Shown here: one piece after another, positions 50,475-58,684 of the stretch
Layout of the letters: every line of letters begins with the position of its first letter
How positions within the stretch are numbered: the first letter of the stretch is position 1
From: a virus
Direction: 5' to 3' (one strand)
Virus record (IMG/VR): IMGVR_UViG_3300028127_000003
DNA: 64,000 nt
Position numbers and translations under genes: made by a program
Notes under the pieces: model-generated
Told to the model about the DNA's origin: nothing
The model's database searches: none
Seen by the model: the letters and a program-made list of their open reading frames with translations, nothing else

Positions 50475-51845
50475 TTATCTTCCGTACTTTATGATTCCCA
50501 TCAGCTGATTGATAGCAGCAAAAGTACCTGTTAGTTTCATAGTCTTTCCTTTATATACAAAAACTATTCCTTCAGTTGGTATGATAGATTCTACTCCTCC
50601 AATTCTATCTAATCTCTCTAGTTCTTTCATTACCTTTTCGATCTGAGTAACGCTTCCATCTTTTTTGATCTTTTCAGATTCTGATCTAATTTGATTATGT
50701 AGTCTTTGCATCTCTTTGTCTGGATTTGCAGCTACAAAATTAGAAGCATTCATAAGAATTATAGACCCTAGTTCTAAAAATAAATCTTCAAACGGTCTAA
50801 TGTTTTCTTTATATTTCTTTTTAACATCTTCTTTGTCAAATTTCTTAACAGAAGCAGCTTCATCTTTTCCTATCTCCTTTGCAAGTGATCTCATATTTAA
50901 AGACTTTTTATCTCCATAAGCCCATCTTAATAATAAACCTTCCTTATAGTCTTGTTGTAAATCTGGGAAATTTGCATCTATTGTTTCTCTCCACCACATT
51001 TCATGATATCTAGAAACTTCGTCACCGTCTGTTAAGTTATAACGATCTCTTAATTTTTCAATCTGCTTTATAAATTTAGCTTGATTTTTATCAAAATTAA
51101 TATCTTTACCTAGTTTTAAAATCTGAGGAGGAATTATTGTAAATGTCTTTTGAACATCGGCATCTACTTCCTTTAAAGCTTTGACTAATTCTCCTGCTAT
51201 TTTTCTAGATCCTGTAATATTACCATTCCCATCAGTTTCTTGAATATCGTGAAATTGAAGAACATCTCTTTCGTAATAGATTACATTTGGGTTTTTAGAA
51301 TAGATTAATTCTATATTTATAAAATCTTTACCGTCATTAAATATGGACTGATCTTTAATTTTTGGAAGAGCTTCATTTAGATCTTTAGCTGCAAACACGT
51401 ATGTTTCTCGCACTAAAGGTACCTCATGCTTTTCAAACATTTCTATAATACCGTCTAAATCAACGGGACTAATTAATTGACCTTTATTTCTAGAAAACAT
51501 CGTAACTCCGTTTTTTACGGTTGCTAATAGATTTTGACCGTCTGTTTTTTCAGTGGCTACCTCTTCAAAGTTTAATTCTCCTTGAAGACCGGACGTTACG
51601 ATCTTTTTAAAATCTGCGAATGTTAAATCTTTTTCATCGAAAGGATGAGACATGTGACCAGCTGCACCGCCTTCTAAGATTAATTCTTCTTTAAGTGTAT
51701 TGTATTTTTCAACGATATATTCGTCAAATGATAAAACTTTACTCTTATTTTCACTCATATAATGTGCAACATATTCCTCTCTGGTCATGCCTTGTGCATC
51801 TGCGTGATGTTGAATAAAATCTACAAAGTTGTTATTTAGTTCCAT
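50475..51845 (-). CDS. ligase-fold (covalent nucleotidyltransferase) protein
   Basis: GHMSHPFD, TEKTDGQN (KxDG), RNKG, EGIV...KLTG. Confidence 0.6.
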   Translation of the reverse strand: MELNNNFVDFIQHHADAQGMTREEYVAHYMSENKSKVLSFDEYIVEKYNTLKEELILEGGAAGHMSHPFDEKDLTFADFKKIVTSGLQGELNFEEVATEKTDGQNLLATVKNGVTMFSRNKGQLISPVDLDGIIEMFEKHEVPLVRETYVFAAKDLNEALPKIKDQSIFNDGKDFINIELIYSKNPNVIYYERDVLQFHDIQETDGNGNITGSRKIAGELVKALKEVDADVQKTFTIIPPQILKLGKDINFDKNQAKFIKQIEKLRDRYNLTDGDEVSRYHEMWWRETIDANFPDLQQDYKEGLLLRWAYGDKKSLNMRSLAKEIGKDEAASVKKFDKEDVKKKYKENIRPFEDLFLELGSIILMNASNFVAANPDKEMQRLHNQIRSESEKIKKDGSVTQIEKVMKELERLDRIGGVESIIPTEGIVFVYKGKTMKLTGTFAAINQLMGIIKYGR

Positions 51846-51864
51846 GTATATAGCTAATATAATT

Positions 51865-51898
51865 AAAAAACTTGACCCGGAAAAATCCAGGTCAGTTT
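51865..51898 (-). terminator. intrinsic terminator overlapping a promoter
   Basis: TGACCTGGA-tttt-TCCGGGTCA followed by AG and T6 on the minus strand. Confidence 0.75.
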
Positions 51899-51912
51899 AT
51901 TTTTATTTTTTA

Positions 51913-54039
51913 TTATAAATATCTATCGATAAATTCTTCTTTGCTACCAACAAATGATCTAGTCTTTGGGCCGAAAAGAACAATCTCAGCACCTTCTGAT
52001 TTAAGCCAATCTGCAACTTTTTGAGCTTTTTTCTTATCAGCTGATAACCATACTGTGTCAAATTCAGGACCATGAGACCTTTGCATTACAATACCTCCTT
52101 TTTCATTTGTAAATTTAAACTTATCTCCAAGAGCAACACTTACTTTAATATTTTTATCAAAATTCTTTTTATGATTCTTAAAAGAATATGCTAAAGCACC
52201 TGAGTAACTTTTAGTGTCAGTTGTAAATTCATCTAAAGATGTAGTAGTACCTTCATAAATATTTGATTCAAATGCTGGAACTAATCCAGTTTCTCCGTAG
52301 ATATCTGCCATCATCCATTTTTTAGAACCTTCATCCCATAAATAAACGAATTCTGCACCACCTTCGTAATTTGCATCTTTAATATATTTGTTAATATTCT
52401 TAACATTACCTTTCATCAGATTAACATCTCCGCCATAGAAATTAATTTTCTTAACGTCTTTATCTAAACCTGAATTATCTCCATTTTTAAGAACAAAATC
52501 TACATTTTTACCACTTTTAAAGGTTGATTTAATAATAGGCAACATGTTTTCAGGATATGAATCATAGTGAGTATATACTGAAGTAATATTTCCTTTCTTG
52601 TCTATTTTACCAAATTGACCTCTAGTTCCTTCATTAATTACATAATTGATTACTTCGTTAAATTTAGATTCTTTTAAAGAAATTTCTTCTTCAGTTAATT
52701 GAAACTTAACTGATTCTTCTACTGCGTTAAATCCTGCTAATAATTTTTCAGCAAGTTTAGATTCACCAATAGATTCTAAATATAGAGCAGTGCCTTCAGC
52801 AACTCCAATACCTGACCATCCGGCAGCATTTGAAATTCTAGAATAATACTCATCTAATATCTGTGATATTTTCTTTGCTCCTACTATAATAGCTTGTTTA
52901 CCAAGAGTTAAAGGATTAACAGTAACACTTCCTAATCTTCCTTTGATAATTTTTTCAGTAGCTGTTCTTTCTCTATGGAAATTAGCATCAGTTAATGCTT
53001 CAGCGTAAATATATTTAATAGCTCCTAAGTGAGAAATTTTATCAGCTGTTAAGCTTCCTAGTTCTGCAAATATTTTATTGTATTGAGTTAATACTTTCTT
53101 TGCATCTCTTTTATATTTAATATCTAAGGCCTCATTCATTAATGATTCTCCTAATCCCCAGTAATTTGCGTGATCGTATTCAACTGGGAATATACCTAAA
53201 TCACCTTCATCACCTTCTTCACTTTTAACAATTTTAGCAAGATAGTAATCTCCCTTTGCAGTATCTTCATATCCGTATGAATCTGCATCTGATCCCATTT
53301 CTTTTTTAAATTGCTTTGATATCTTTCTCCAATTATCGATAGCGATTATTTCAACTTCGCTTCCAATTGAATTTTCAGTAGTATCTCCTACTTTAAATTT
53401 AGCTTTTTCAGTAACTAAAGATTCTGAAAATTCTTCAATATGTTCCATATCGATTTCATCTTCTCCCTTTAATTCTTTTTGTACTTCTTTAGACTTTACT
53501 AATTTTGAAAGATCTTTCATAGTGATTTCTCCATCAATGAAGTCAGCTAGTATATAGTATTGATTAGAAGAATATCCTTCACTGTCTCTAAAATCACCAA
53601 TTTCTTCAATTGCTGCTTTAGTAACGGTCTTAGCTTCAGTAACTAAAGATTCGCTTAATGAATTTCTTAGACCACAGTGTACGCATTCTACCGTTCCGTC
53701 CTTGTCAATTTGCTTATATAAATGTCCTTTTTTATTAGTACACTTTGGTTCGTCTGATTCAGTAACTTCTTCTGATGCAGTAACATCTTCTACCTCTACT
53801 TCTATTTCAGCTATTTCTTCTTCTGAAACATCTCCAAATATTTTTGAGATAATTGATTCTTTCTGATCTTCTTCTAAACCTTCGAAAGAAGTTAATCCTA
53901 ATTCATCTAGAATAGCAGCTATTTTACCAACTGATTCTTGTCTTTTTAAATTGTTTTCTTCTCTAAGTTTACTAACAGATTCCTGTTTTCTAATCTCTGT
54001 AAACGATTTAAATGAAGAAATTTTATTAACTTGTGCCAT
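51913..54039 (-). CDS. putative internal head polyprotein
   Basis: KISSFKSFTE start; linkers EEVTE, ESLVTE x2, ESLMNE, YVINE, ESNIYE; contains a CxxC Zn-ribbon-like module and a TRGQ...SVYTHYDSYP module. Confidence 0.6.
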   Translation of the reverse strand: MAQVNKISSFKSFTEIRKQESVSKLREENNLKRQESVGKIAAILDELGLTSFEGLEEDQKESIISKIFGDVSEEEIAEIEVEVEDVTASEEVTESDEPKCTNKKGHLYKQIDKDGTVECVHCGLRNSLSESLVTEAKTVTKAAIEEIGDFRDSEGYSSNQYYILADFIDGEITMKDLSKLVKSKEVQKELKGEDEIDMEHIEEFSESLVTEKAKFKVGDTTENSIGSEVEIIAIDNWRKISKQFKKEMGSDADSYGYEDTAKGDYYLAKIVKSEEGDEGDLGIFPVEYDHANYWGLGESLMNEALDIKYKRDAKKVLTQYNKIFAELGSLTADKISHLGAIKYIYAEALTDANFHRERTATEKIIKGRLGSVTVNPLTLGKQAIIVGAKKISQILDEYYSRISNAAGWSGIGVAEGTALYLESIGESKLAEKLLAGFNAVEESVKFQLTEEEISLKESKFNEVINYVINEGTRGQFGKIDKKGNITSVYTHYDSYPENMLPIIKSTFKSGKNVDFVLKNGDNSGLDKDVKKINFYGGDVNLMKGNVKNINKYIKDANYEGGAEFVYLWDEGSKKWMMADIYGETGLVPAFESNIYEGTTTSLDEFTTDTKSYSGALAYSFKNHKKNFDKNIKVSVALGDKFKFTNEKGGIVMQRSHGPEFDTVWLSADKKKAQKVADWLKSEGAEIVLFGPKTRSFVGSKEEFIDRYL

Positions 54040-54072
54040 TTTTTAATGTTTATTTAATTTAGTTTCGTTATT

Positions 54073-55581
54073 CTATATATCTCCGTCAAATTTGACTTTC
54101 TTAATACTATACTCAAATTTCTCTTGTTTATAAATTTTCTGCCTCGCCTTACTATGTTTATATAAATAGTTATCCCATTCGTCAGTTCTAATGTCATCCA
54201 CAAAATCGACAATTAATACAGCTTCTTTAGACTCATGCTGCCTTAGACCTCTACCAATTGACTGCCTGATGATCACCTCGGACTTAAATGACTCTGTAAA
54301 GAATATATTGTGTATTTTCTTAATGGAAATTCCAGTAGAAAATGTACCATAACTCGCTACAATAACTACTTCATCTCCTGCTTCCATTTTCTTTTTATAT
54401 TCTTCTCTAATATCTTTATCTGTTCCTCCATCTACATAAAAAACTCTTTTATCTGAGTTTTGGCGGAGCTGTTCGTATATTTTTTTACCATGTTCTATTC
54501 TATGAAACAGAACTAGAGAGTTCCTAGGGACCTTGCCAACAACATTACATATAAAATTAAGTCTACCAAAAGAATTAATAATATAATTTTGTTCCAGTTG
54601 AAAAACATCCTTCCTATCATACTTATTAAATGCTAATTCTTCAAATGCTTTTTTGGCGGAATCAGGTGCGTAATTCATTTCAATTACTTTTACTTTACAT
54701 TTAGCGATGTGACCCTGACTCTGTAAAAATGCAGCCTTAACTTCGCTAATTACAGGACCCGTTTGACTCATTAGTGTTAACTTGTCTAAAGATCCATCTT
54801 TAGGAATTGTACCCGATAAACCATATTTATATTGTGCACTTGTACATTTTTGTAATATAGTCTTAATAGAATTAGATTTCGCTTTATGAGTTTCATCTAC
54901 AATAACAGCATCGAACTGTTGAAAATATTCTTTAGGCTTTTTAACTAAGGACTGATATGTACCTATCACTACATTCCTGTCTGACTTTATTTTCTGGCCG
55001 GCATATATCTGTTGTATCTTTAGTTTTATTCTATTCTTATTATTGTATTCGTGGAAATCTTCATGGGCCTGAACAACTAGAGAAACATTAGGAACTATAA
55101 ATAATATCTTTTCGGCCTTTTCTTTTTCTAACATATACGCCACTGTTAAAAAACTAATAAGTGTTTTCCCAGCGGAAGTTGCTAATTCAGCTAAACATCT
55201 CCTAAACTTTAGGATATTAAATGCTGTTTCTATTTGATAATCCCTTGGAACAAATTTACTACCCTCAAAAAATTCTAAAGCCCATGCTTCAAATGATTCT
55301 GCACCTATGTTTCTATCAAATAGTCTTTGAATTCCATTAAGTTTAAGATCAAACTTATATTCCTTGCAAATGAGCATAACGTATCTCCAAAGACCGGCGG
55401 GAATCCACTTATCGTCTTTGATGTATGAAACATATCCGTCCCATATTCCTTTCTTGACTAAAGGATTAAATCTCCAACTATCAATTCTTTTAGTTAAAGA
55501 TATTTTAATCTGCTCTAGTTCAAGTTCCTCTGCTTCATCAATTCGTAAGAATTGATTATCATCTGTTAGAGTTAAAATCAA
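54073..55581 (-). CDS. uvsW: SF2 DNA helicase
   Basis: ATSAGKT, IVDETH, GLSGT, FSTGISI, QSIGRGLR. Confidence 0.93.
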   Translation of the reverse strand: MILTLTDDNQFLRIDEAEELELEQIKISLTKRIDSWRFNPLVKKGIWDGYVSYIKDDKWIPAGLWRYVMLICKEYKFDLKLNGIQRLFDRNIGAESFEAWALEFFEGSKFVPRDYQIETAFNILKFRRCLAELATSAGKTLISFLTVAYMLEKEKAEKILFIVPNVSLVVQAHEDFHEYNNKNRIKLKIQQIYAGQKIKSDRNVVIGTYQSLVKKPKEYFQQFDAVIVDETHKAKSNSIKTILQKCTSAQYKYGLSGTIPKDGSLDKLTLMSQTGPVISEVKAAFLQSQGHIAKCKVKVIEMNYAPDSAKKAFEELAFNKYDRKDVFQLEQNYIINSFGRLNFICNVVGKVPRNSLVLFHRIEHGKKIYEQLRQNSDKRVFYVDGGTDKDIREEYKKKMEAGDEVVIVASYGTFSTGISIKKIHNIFFTESFKSEVIIRQSIGRGLRQHESKEAVLIVDFVDDIRTDEWDNYLYKHSKARQKIYKQEKFEYSIKKVKFDGDI

Positions 55582-55598
55582 TTTTCATTTAACTTTTT

Positions 55599-56036
55599 TT
55601 ACAGTCTCGAAATATCAAGGCGATTCTTTATTGCAAAGCCCATATTGTCGAGAGTTTTTACTGAGCCTTCAATAAAGGCCTTTTGGCTTTCAAGTAAATC
55701 CAAAATCTGTTTATCATCTGAAAGATCTGCGTCGATAAAACGTTCTCTTTGTTTATCCGTTATCTTATAATCAAACTTATAATATTCAATCCATTTCTGT
55801 TTATATAACTTGTCTACTGTTCCCTTCTGTGTTCTAATTTTACCAGCGATAGTTGCTAAATTTTCAACTAATATTTGCCTATAACTTAATGTATATGCAC
55901 TAACATCTTCTAGGTTAATACCTTCTTTTAAGTTTGCAGTAAGTTCTTTAATCTTTAAAGTCCATTCTGATCTTTGGTTTGCTAAATATTCGTCTAATTG
56001 TACAATCTTAGATTTGTTAGTTGATTGTTCTGTCAT
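55599..56036 (-). CDS. uvsY: recombination mediator
   Basis: Helical, C-terminal IEGSVKTLDNMGFAIKN; adjacent to uvsW as in T4. Confidence 0.75.
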   Translation of the reverse strand: MTEQSTNKSKIVQLDEYLANQRSEWTLKIKELTANLKEGINLEDVSAYTLSYRQILVENLATIAGKIRTQKGTVDKLYKQKWIEYYKFDYKITDKQRERFIDADLSDDKQILDLLESQKAFIEGSVKTLDNMGFAIKNRLDISRL

Positions 56037-56046
56037 GTGGTGTTTT

Positions 56047-56259
56047 TTAGAATAATGAGTTATTATTAGTATTCTTCTTAATATAAACTTGACTCTTAAA
56101 TTTCTTTTTGTATTTAGGAGTTATTTTAATTTCTTTTTCAGCGTGTGATAAATCGGCTGCTGCAAACCCAATAATCATTTTTAGATTTTTGTGTCTTTTT
56201 CCATCTTCTTCGAATTGATCTAATTCGTCATTTACCATTTGTACGTAATCGTCTATCAT
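56047..56259 (-). CDS. small hypothetical protein ending NSLF
   Basis: 70 aa ORF overlapping the primase end. Confidence 0.7.
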   Translation of the reverse strand: MIDDYVQMVNDELDQFEEDGKRHKNLKMIIGFAAADLSHAEKEIKITPKYKKKFKSQVYIKKNTNNNSLF

Positions 56260-57338
56260 AAGTAATAAGCATCTAGTCGTGAATTACTAAAATACTTATC
56301 CATTGTGGATAAACATTTATTTTTTGTTTTCCAAGCAGCGATAACTAGATCGTTTAGATCTTTAATCTTGCTAGGATATTTATCCATCTTTGATTCAGAC
56401 ATAAATTTGTCCCATGTAAATACTTCTTTACCTCTTTTTAATTTTTGCATCATCTTTGATTTTCCTGCTTCGTCATTATCAAACATATATCGTATTGTTG
56501 GAATTTCATCTAACTCTTCGGTTGATCTGGTTACAGACGCCAATGCTATAGAGTTAGGCATAAATAAGGCATCTAAAGGTCCTTCGAATACCGTACAGGG
56601 CATTTGGAAGTTTGCAGTCATGATACCAAACAAAGTTGATAACTTCTTAGAGGATATAAGCTGTTCATCCTGGAGAGGTATTTCTTTATTCATTTCCTGA
56701 TATATCTTTTCTATATCGTATGTTAGATATCTTGTGTTTTTACTTTTCCTTAAAGATCTACTTTGAAATCCTATAACCTTACCTTCAGGTGCTAAGTTTA
56801 AAACTAAGATTCTTTTATCTCTGGGAGAATACAAGAAGTGATTAAGCTTCTTATGTAAAAACCTGTTCTTTAAATAGAAAAAAGCAGGATCTCCTGGTTC
56901 TATCTCTACTAGTTTAAAAACTTCTTTAAGTTCCTTTCTCGTAGGTGATAAATCATATAAGGTTTTAAATACACCATGTTGTAGAGTGTCTACTTCATTA
57001 ACAGATACTTTGTGTTCTTTAATGTATTCTATAATTGTAATAGAATCTTGAGTATCTTTGAATTTTAGGTGATGATCTTTTAAAAAACCATATAGATCTG
57101 AGTGTTGTCCACAATTAAAGCAGTGGAATTGTAACGTTGCCCAATATAGATTACCTCTTTTCTTATGAGTTTCACCATGCGAGTCACCACAATAAGGGCA
57201 TGCCAGGTTTAAACGACCTGGCATTTCCTTAATCATGTGTTTGTTAGGGTCAGTATGTTCTTTTACACAAACTTGTTTAACTAAACTTCTGACCTTCTGC
57301 TTTAAATCTTCTGTGATTTTTTTAGATTCCGATTTCAT
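56256..57338 (-). CDS. gp61: DNA primase
   Basis: CPYCGDS...CFNCG zinc finger, VFEGPLDALF and FDNDEAG TOPRIM motifs. Confidence 0.9.
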   Translation of the reverse strand: MKSESKKITEDLKQKVRSLVKQVCVKEHTDPNKHMIKEMPGRLNLACPYCGDSHGETHKKRGNLYWATLQFHCFNCGQHSDLYGFLKDHHLKFKDTQDSITIIEYIKEHKVSVNEVDTLQHGVFKTLYDLSPTRKELKEVFKLVEIEPGDPAFFYLKNRFLHKKLNHFLYSPRDKRILVLNLAPEGKVIGFQSRSLRKSKNTRYLTYDIEKIYQEMNKEIPLQDEQLISSKKLSTLFGIMTANFQMPCTVFEGPLDALFMPNSIALASVTRSTEELDEIPTIRYMFDNDEAGKSKMMQKLKRGKEVFTWDKFMSESKMDKYPSKIKDLNDLVIAAWKTKNKCLSTMDKYFSNSRLDAYYL

Positions 57339-58278
57339 CTAAGAAAGAATCTAGATCATCGCTATCTGCTGATGCAGTTGAAGATTTTGTTTCTGCTGCC
57401 GTTGGAGTCGCTGTCATTGTGTCAGGGAATTCAAAGTTAGCATCATTTCCTGTTACCGGAGCTGCTTCTTTTACTGCTGCTTTTTTAGCAGCTGGCTTCG
57501 GTGTAGAAATTACAGAATCCATTGAAGAACCAGGGTTAAGATATTGTCTTAAAATACCATTGACAAAGTCAAGAGTTTCAGCATCCCATTTCTTATATCC
57601 ATAAGGATCTAAAGATGGCGCTGTATCTAATTCACCTTTAATAGATGTCATAGCTTCTTGGTTTCTTTCAGCTGGTTTTCCATCAATTGCAATAGCTGAT
57701 CTAGTTGCAGAGAATTTAGACTTATCATAGTTATTATATTCACCTTGGCGAGTAATAATAAGTTCAAAGTTCTTTCCTTCGAATAAATCATAAATCTGAG
57801 TTGGTTCACCAAATGCAGGTTTAGTTTCTTCTTCGATCTTCTCTTTAATTTTGTAACCGAATTTAAATACTTTATAAGTACCTTCTAATTCAGGGTTCTG
57901 AGGATCTTTCACTACTTTGATAAGTGAGTAATACTGTTCTCTACGCTTAAGCTTGTCGCTCATCTTACGGTCTACTGCTGAATCACTCTTACGAAGTTTG
58001 AAGAATGCATCTGCAATTGGACACTTATCTCCTACCGTTGAAGGTGAATCAATAAGTCTTCCATCGCCGTTAGCGTCAGTTAGCCAGTGTACATACTTTT
58101 TAACTAATGAATTTCTTGGGTTTGTTGGGTTTGGAACAAAACGAATAAGTGCTTTGTAAGTTCCGTCTTTACCATCATCTGCGGATGGTTTGTAGATCTC
58201 ATTTGTAGAGCTTGAGCTCTTTGTTTCATGAGTTTCAACGTCTGATACGCTGAGGTTAAAAATGTCAAAATCTGCCAT
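57322..58278 (-). CDS. gp32: single-stranded DNA binding protein
   Basis: IRFVP, CPI, YYSLIKVVKDP.NPELEG..KVFKFG.KI..KI, NYDKSKF, acidic tail DDLDSFLDEIGI. Confidence 0.92.
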   Translation of the reverse strand: MADFDIFNLSVSDVETHETKSSSSTNEIYKPSADDGKDGTYKALIRFVPNPTNPRNSLVKKYVHWLTDANGDGRLIDSPSTVGDKCPIADAFFKLRKSDSAVDRKMSDKLKRREQYYSLIKVVKDPQNPELEGTYKVFKFGYKIKEKIEEETKPAFGEPTQIYDLFEGKNFELIITRQGEYNNYDKSKFSATRSAIAIDGKPAERNQEAMTSIKGELDTAPSLDPYGYKKWDAETLDFVNGILRQYLNPGSSMDSVISTPKPAAKKAAVKEAAPVTGNDANFEFPDTMTATPTAAETKSSTASADSDDLDSFLDEIGI

Positions 58279-58325
58279 GTCTTTAATTGCTTTAATTTAC
58301 GTTAATGTCTTTAATCTTTAAAAAA
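58279..58325 (-). promoter_or_regulatory. gene 32 autoregulatory-type leader (UUAAAG repeats)
   Basis: TTAAAGATTAAAGACATTAACGTAAATTAAAGCAATTAAAGAC-ATG directly before gp32. Confidence 0.55.
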
Positions 58326-58412
58326 CTTTCAATAGTTATACATGCAATTCCTAAAAGGTTTCACAATAATAACTATTCTATATATCCGTATTGCAGGGGG
58401 CAGGGGGAAGAA

Positions 58413-58604
58413 TTATAACTCTGAATAGGTTGATCCAGATTCGTCAATCCACTTTGAAGAAGAGTTTGGAAGACGAGCTAAACCAGCCTTTCTTAACATA
58501 TCTATCATTTCATTTTCTGTTATTCTATGTTGAGTTACCATATCACTTAAAATCTCTTTAAGCTTTAATAGGTGTGCCGGTATTATTTCTCTATCTGTTT
58601 GCAT
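58413..58604 (-). CDS. small hypothetical protein
   Basis: 63 aa with its own late-type promoter. Confidence 0.7.
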   Translation of the reverse strand: MQTDREIIPAHLLKLKEILSDMVTQHRITENEMIDMLRKAGLARLPNSSSKWIDESGSTYSEL

Positions 58605-58684
58605 ATTTTATATATCTTTTTATTTTATGAAACTTTATGGGGAAAAGACAGTATAACTTAAGACTTTAAGCCTCAGTGGTAAAT

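Larger units (their letters stand above)
7919..51861 (-). promoter_or_regulatory. class-1 promoter core TATATTAG (Bacteroidota TAnnTTTG-like) at 3 sites
   Basis: Sites at 7919-7926, 38296-38303 and 51854-51861; two share TTTTTTATCTC 11 nt upstream of TTATATTAG. Confidence 0.55.
6646..58361 (-). promoter_or_regulatory. class-2 promoter AAAC-N16-GTA(T/G)AA(T/C) at 9 sites
   Basis: Sites at 6646-6672, 8929-8955, 18198-18224, 30243-30269, 35271-35297, 37135-37161, 40234-40260, 40678-40704 and 58335-58361, all with an exact 16-nt spacer, upstream of replication/metabolism genes. Confidence 0.8.

Noticed and set aside
40719-54039. Diversity-generating retroelement acting on the polyprotein region
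   Set aside because: No reverse transcriptase and no ~100-bp template/variable repeat pair with adenine-specific differences was seen.
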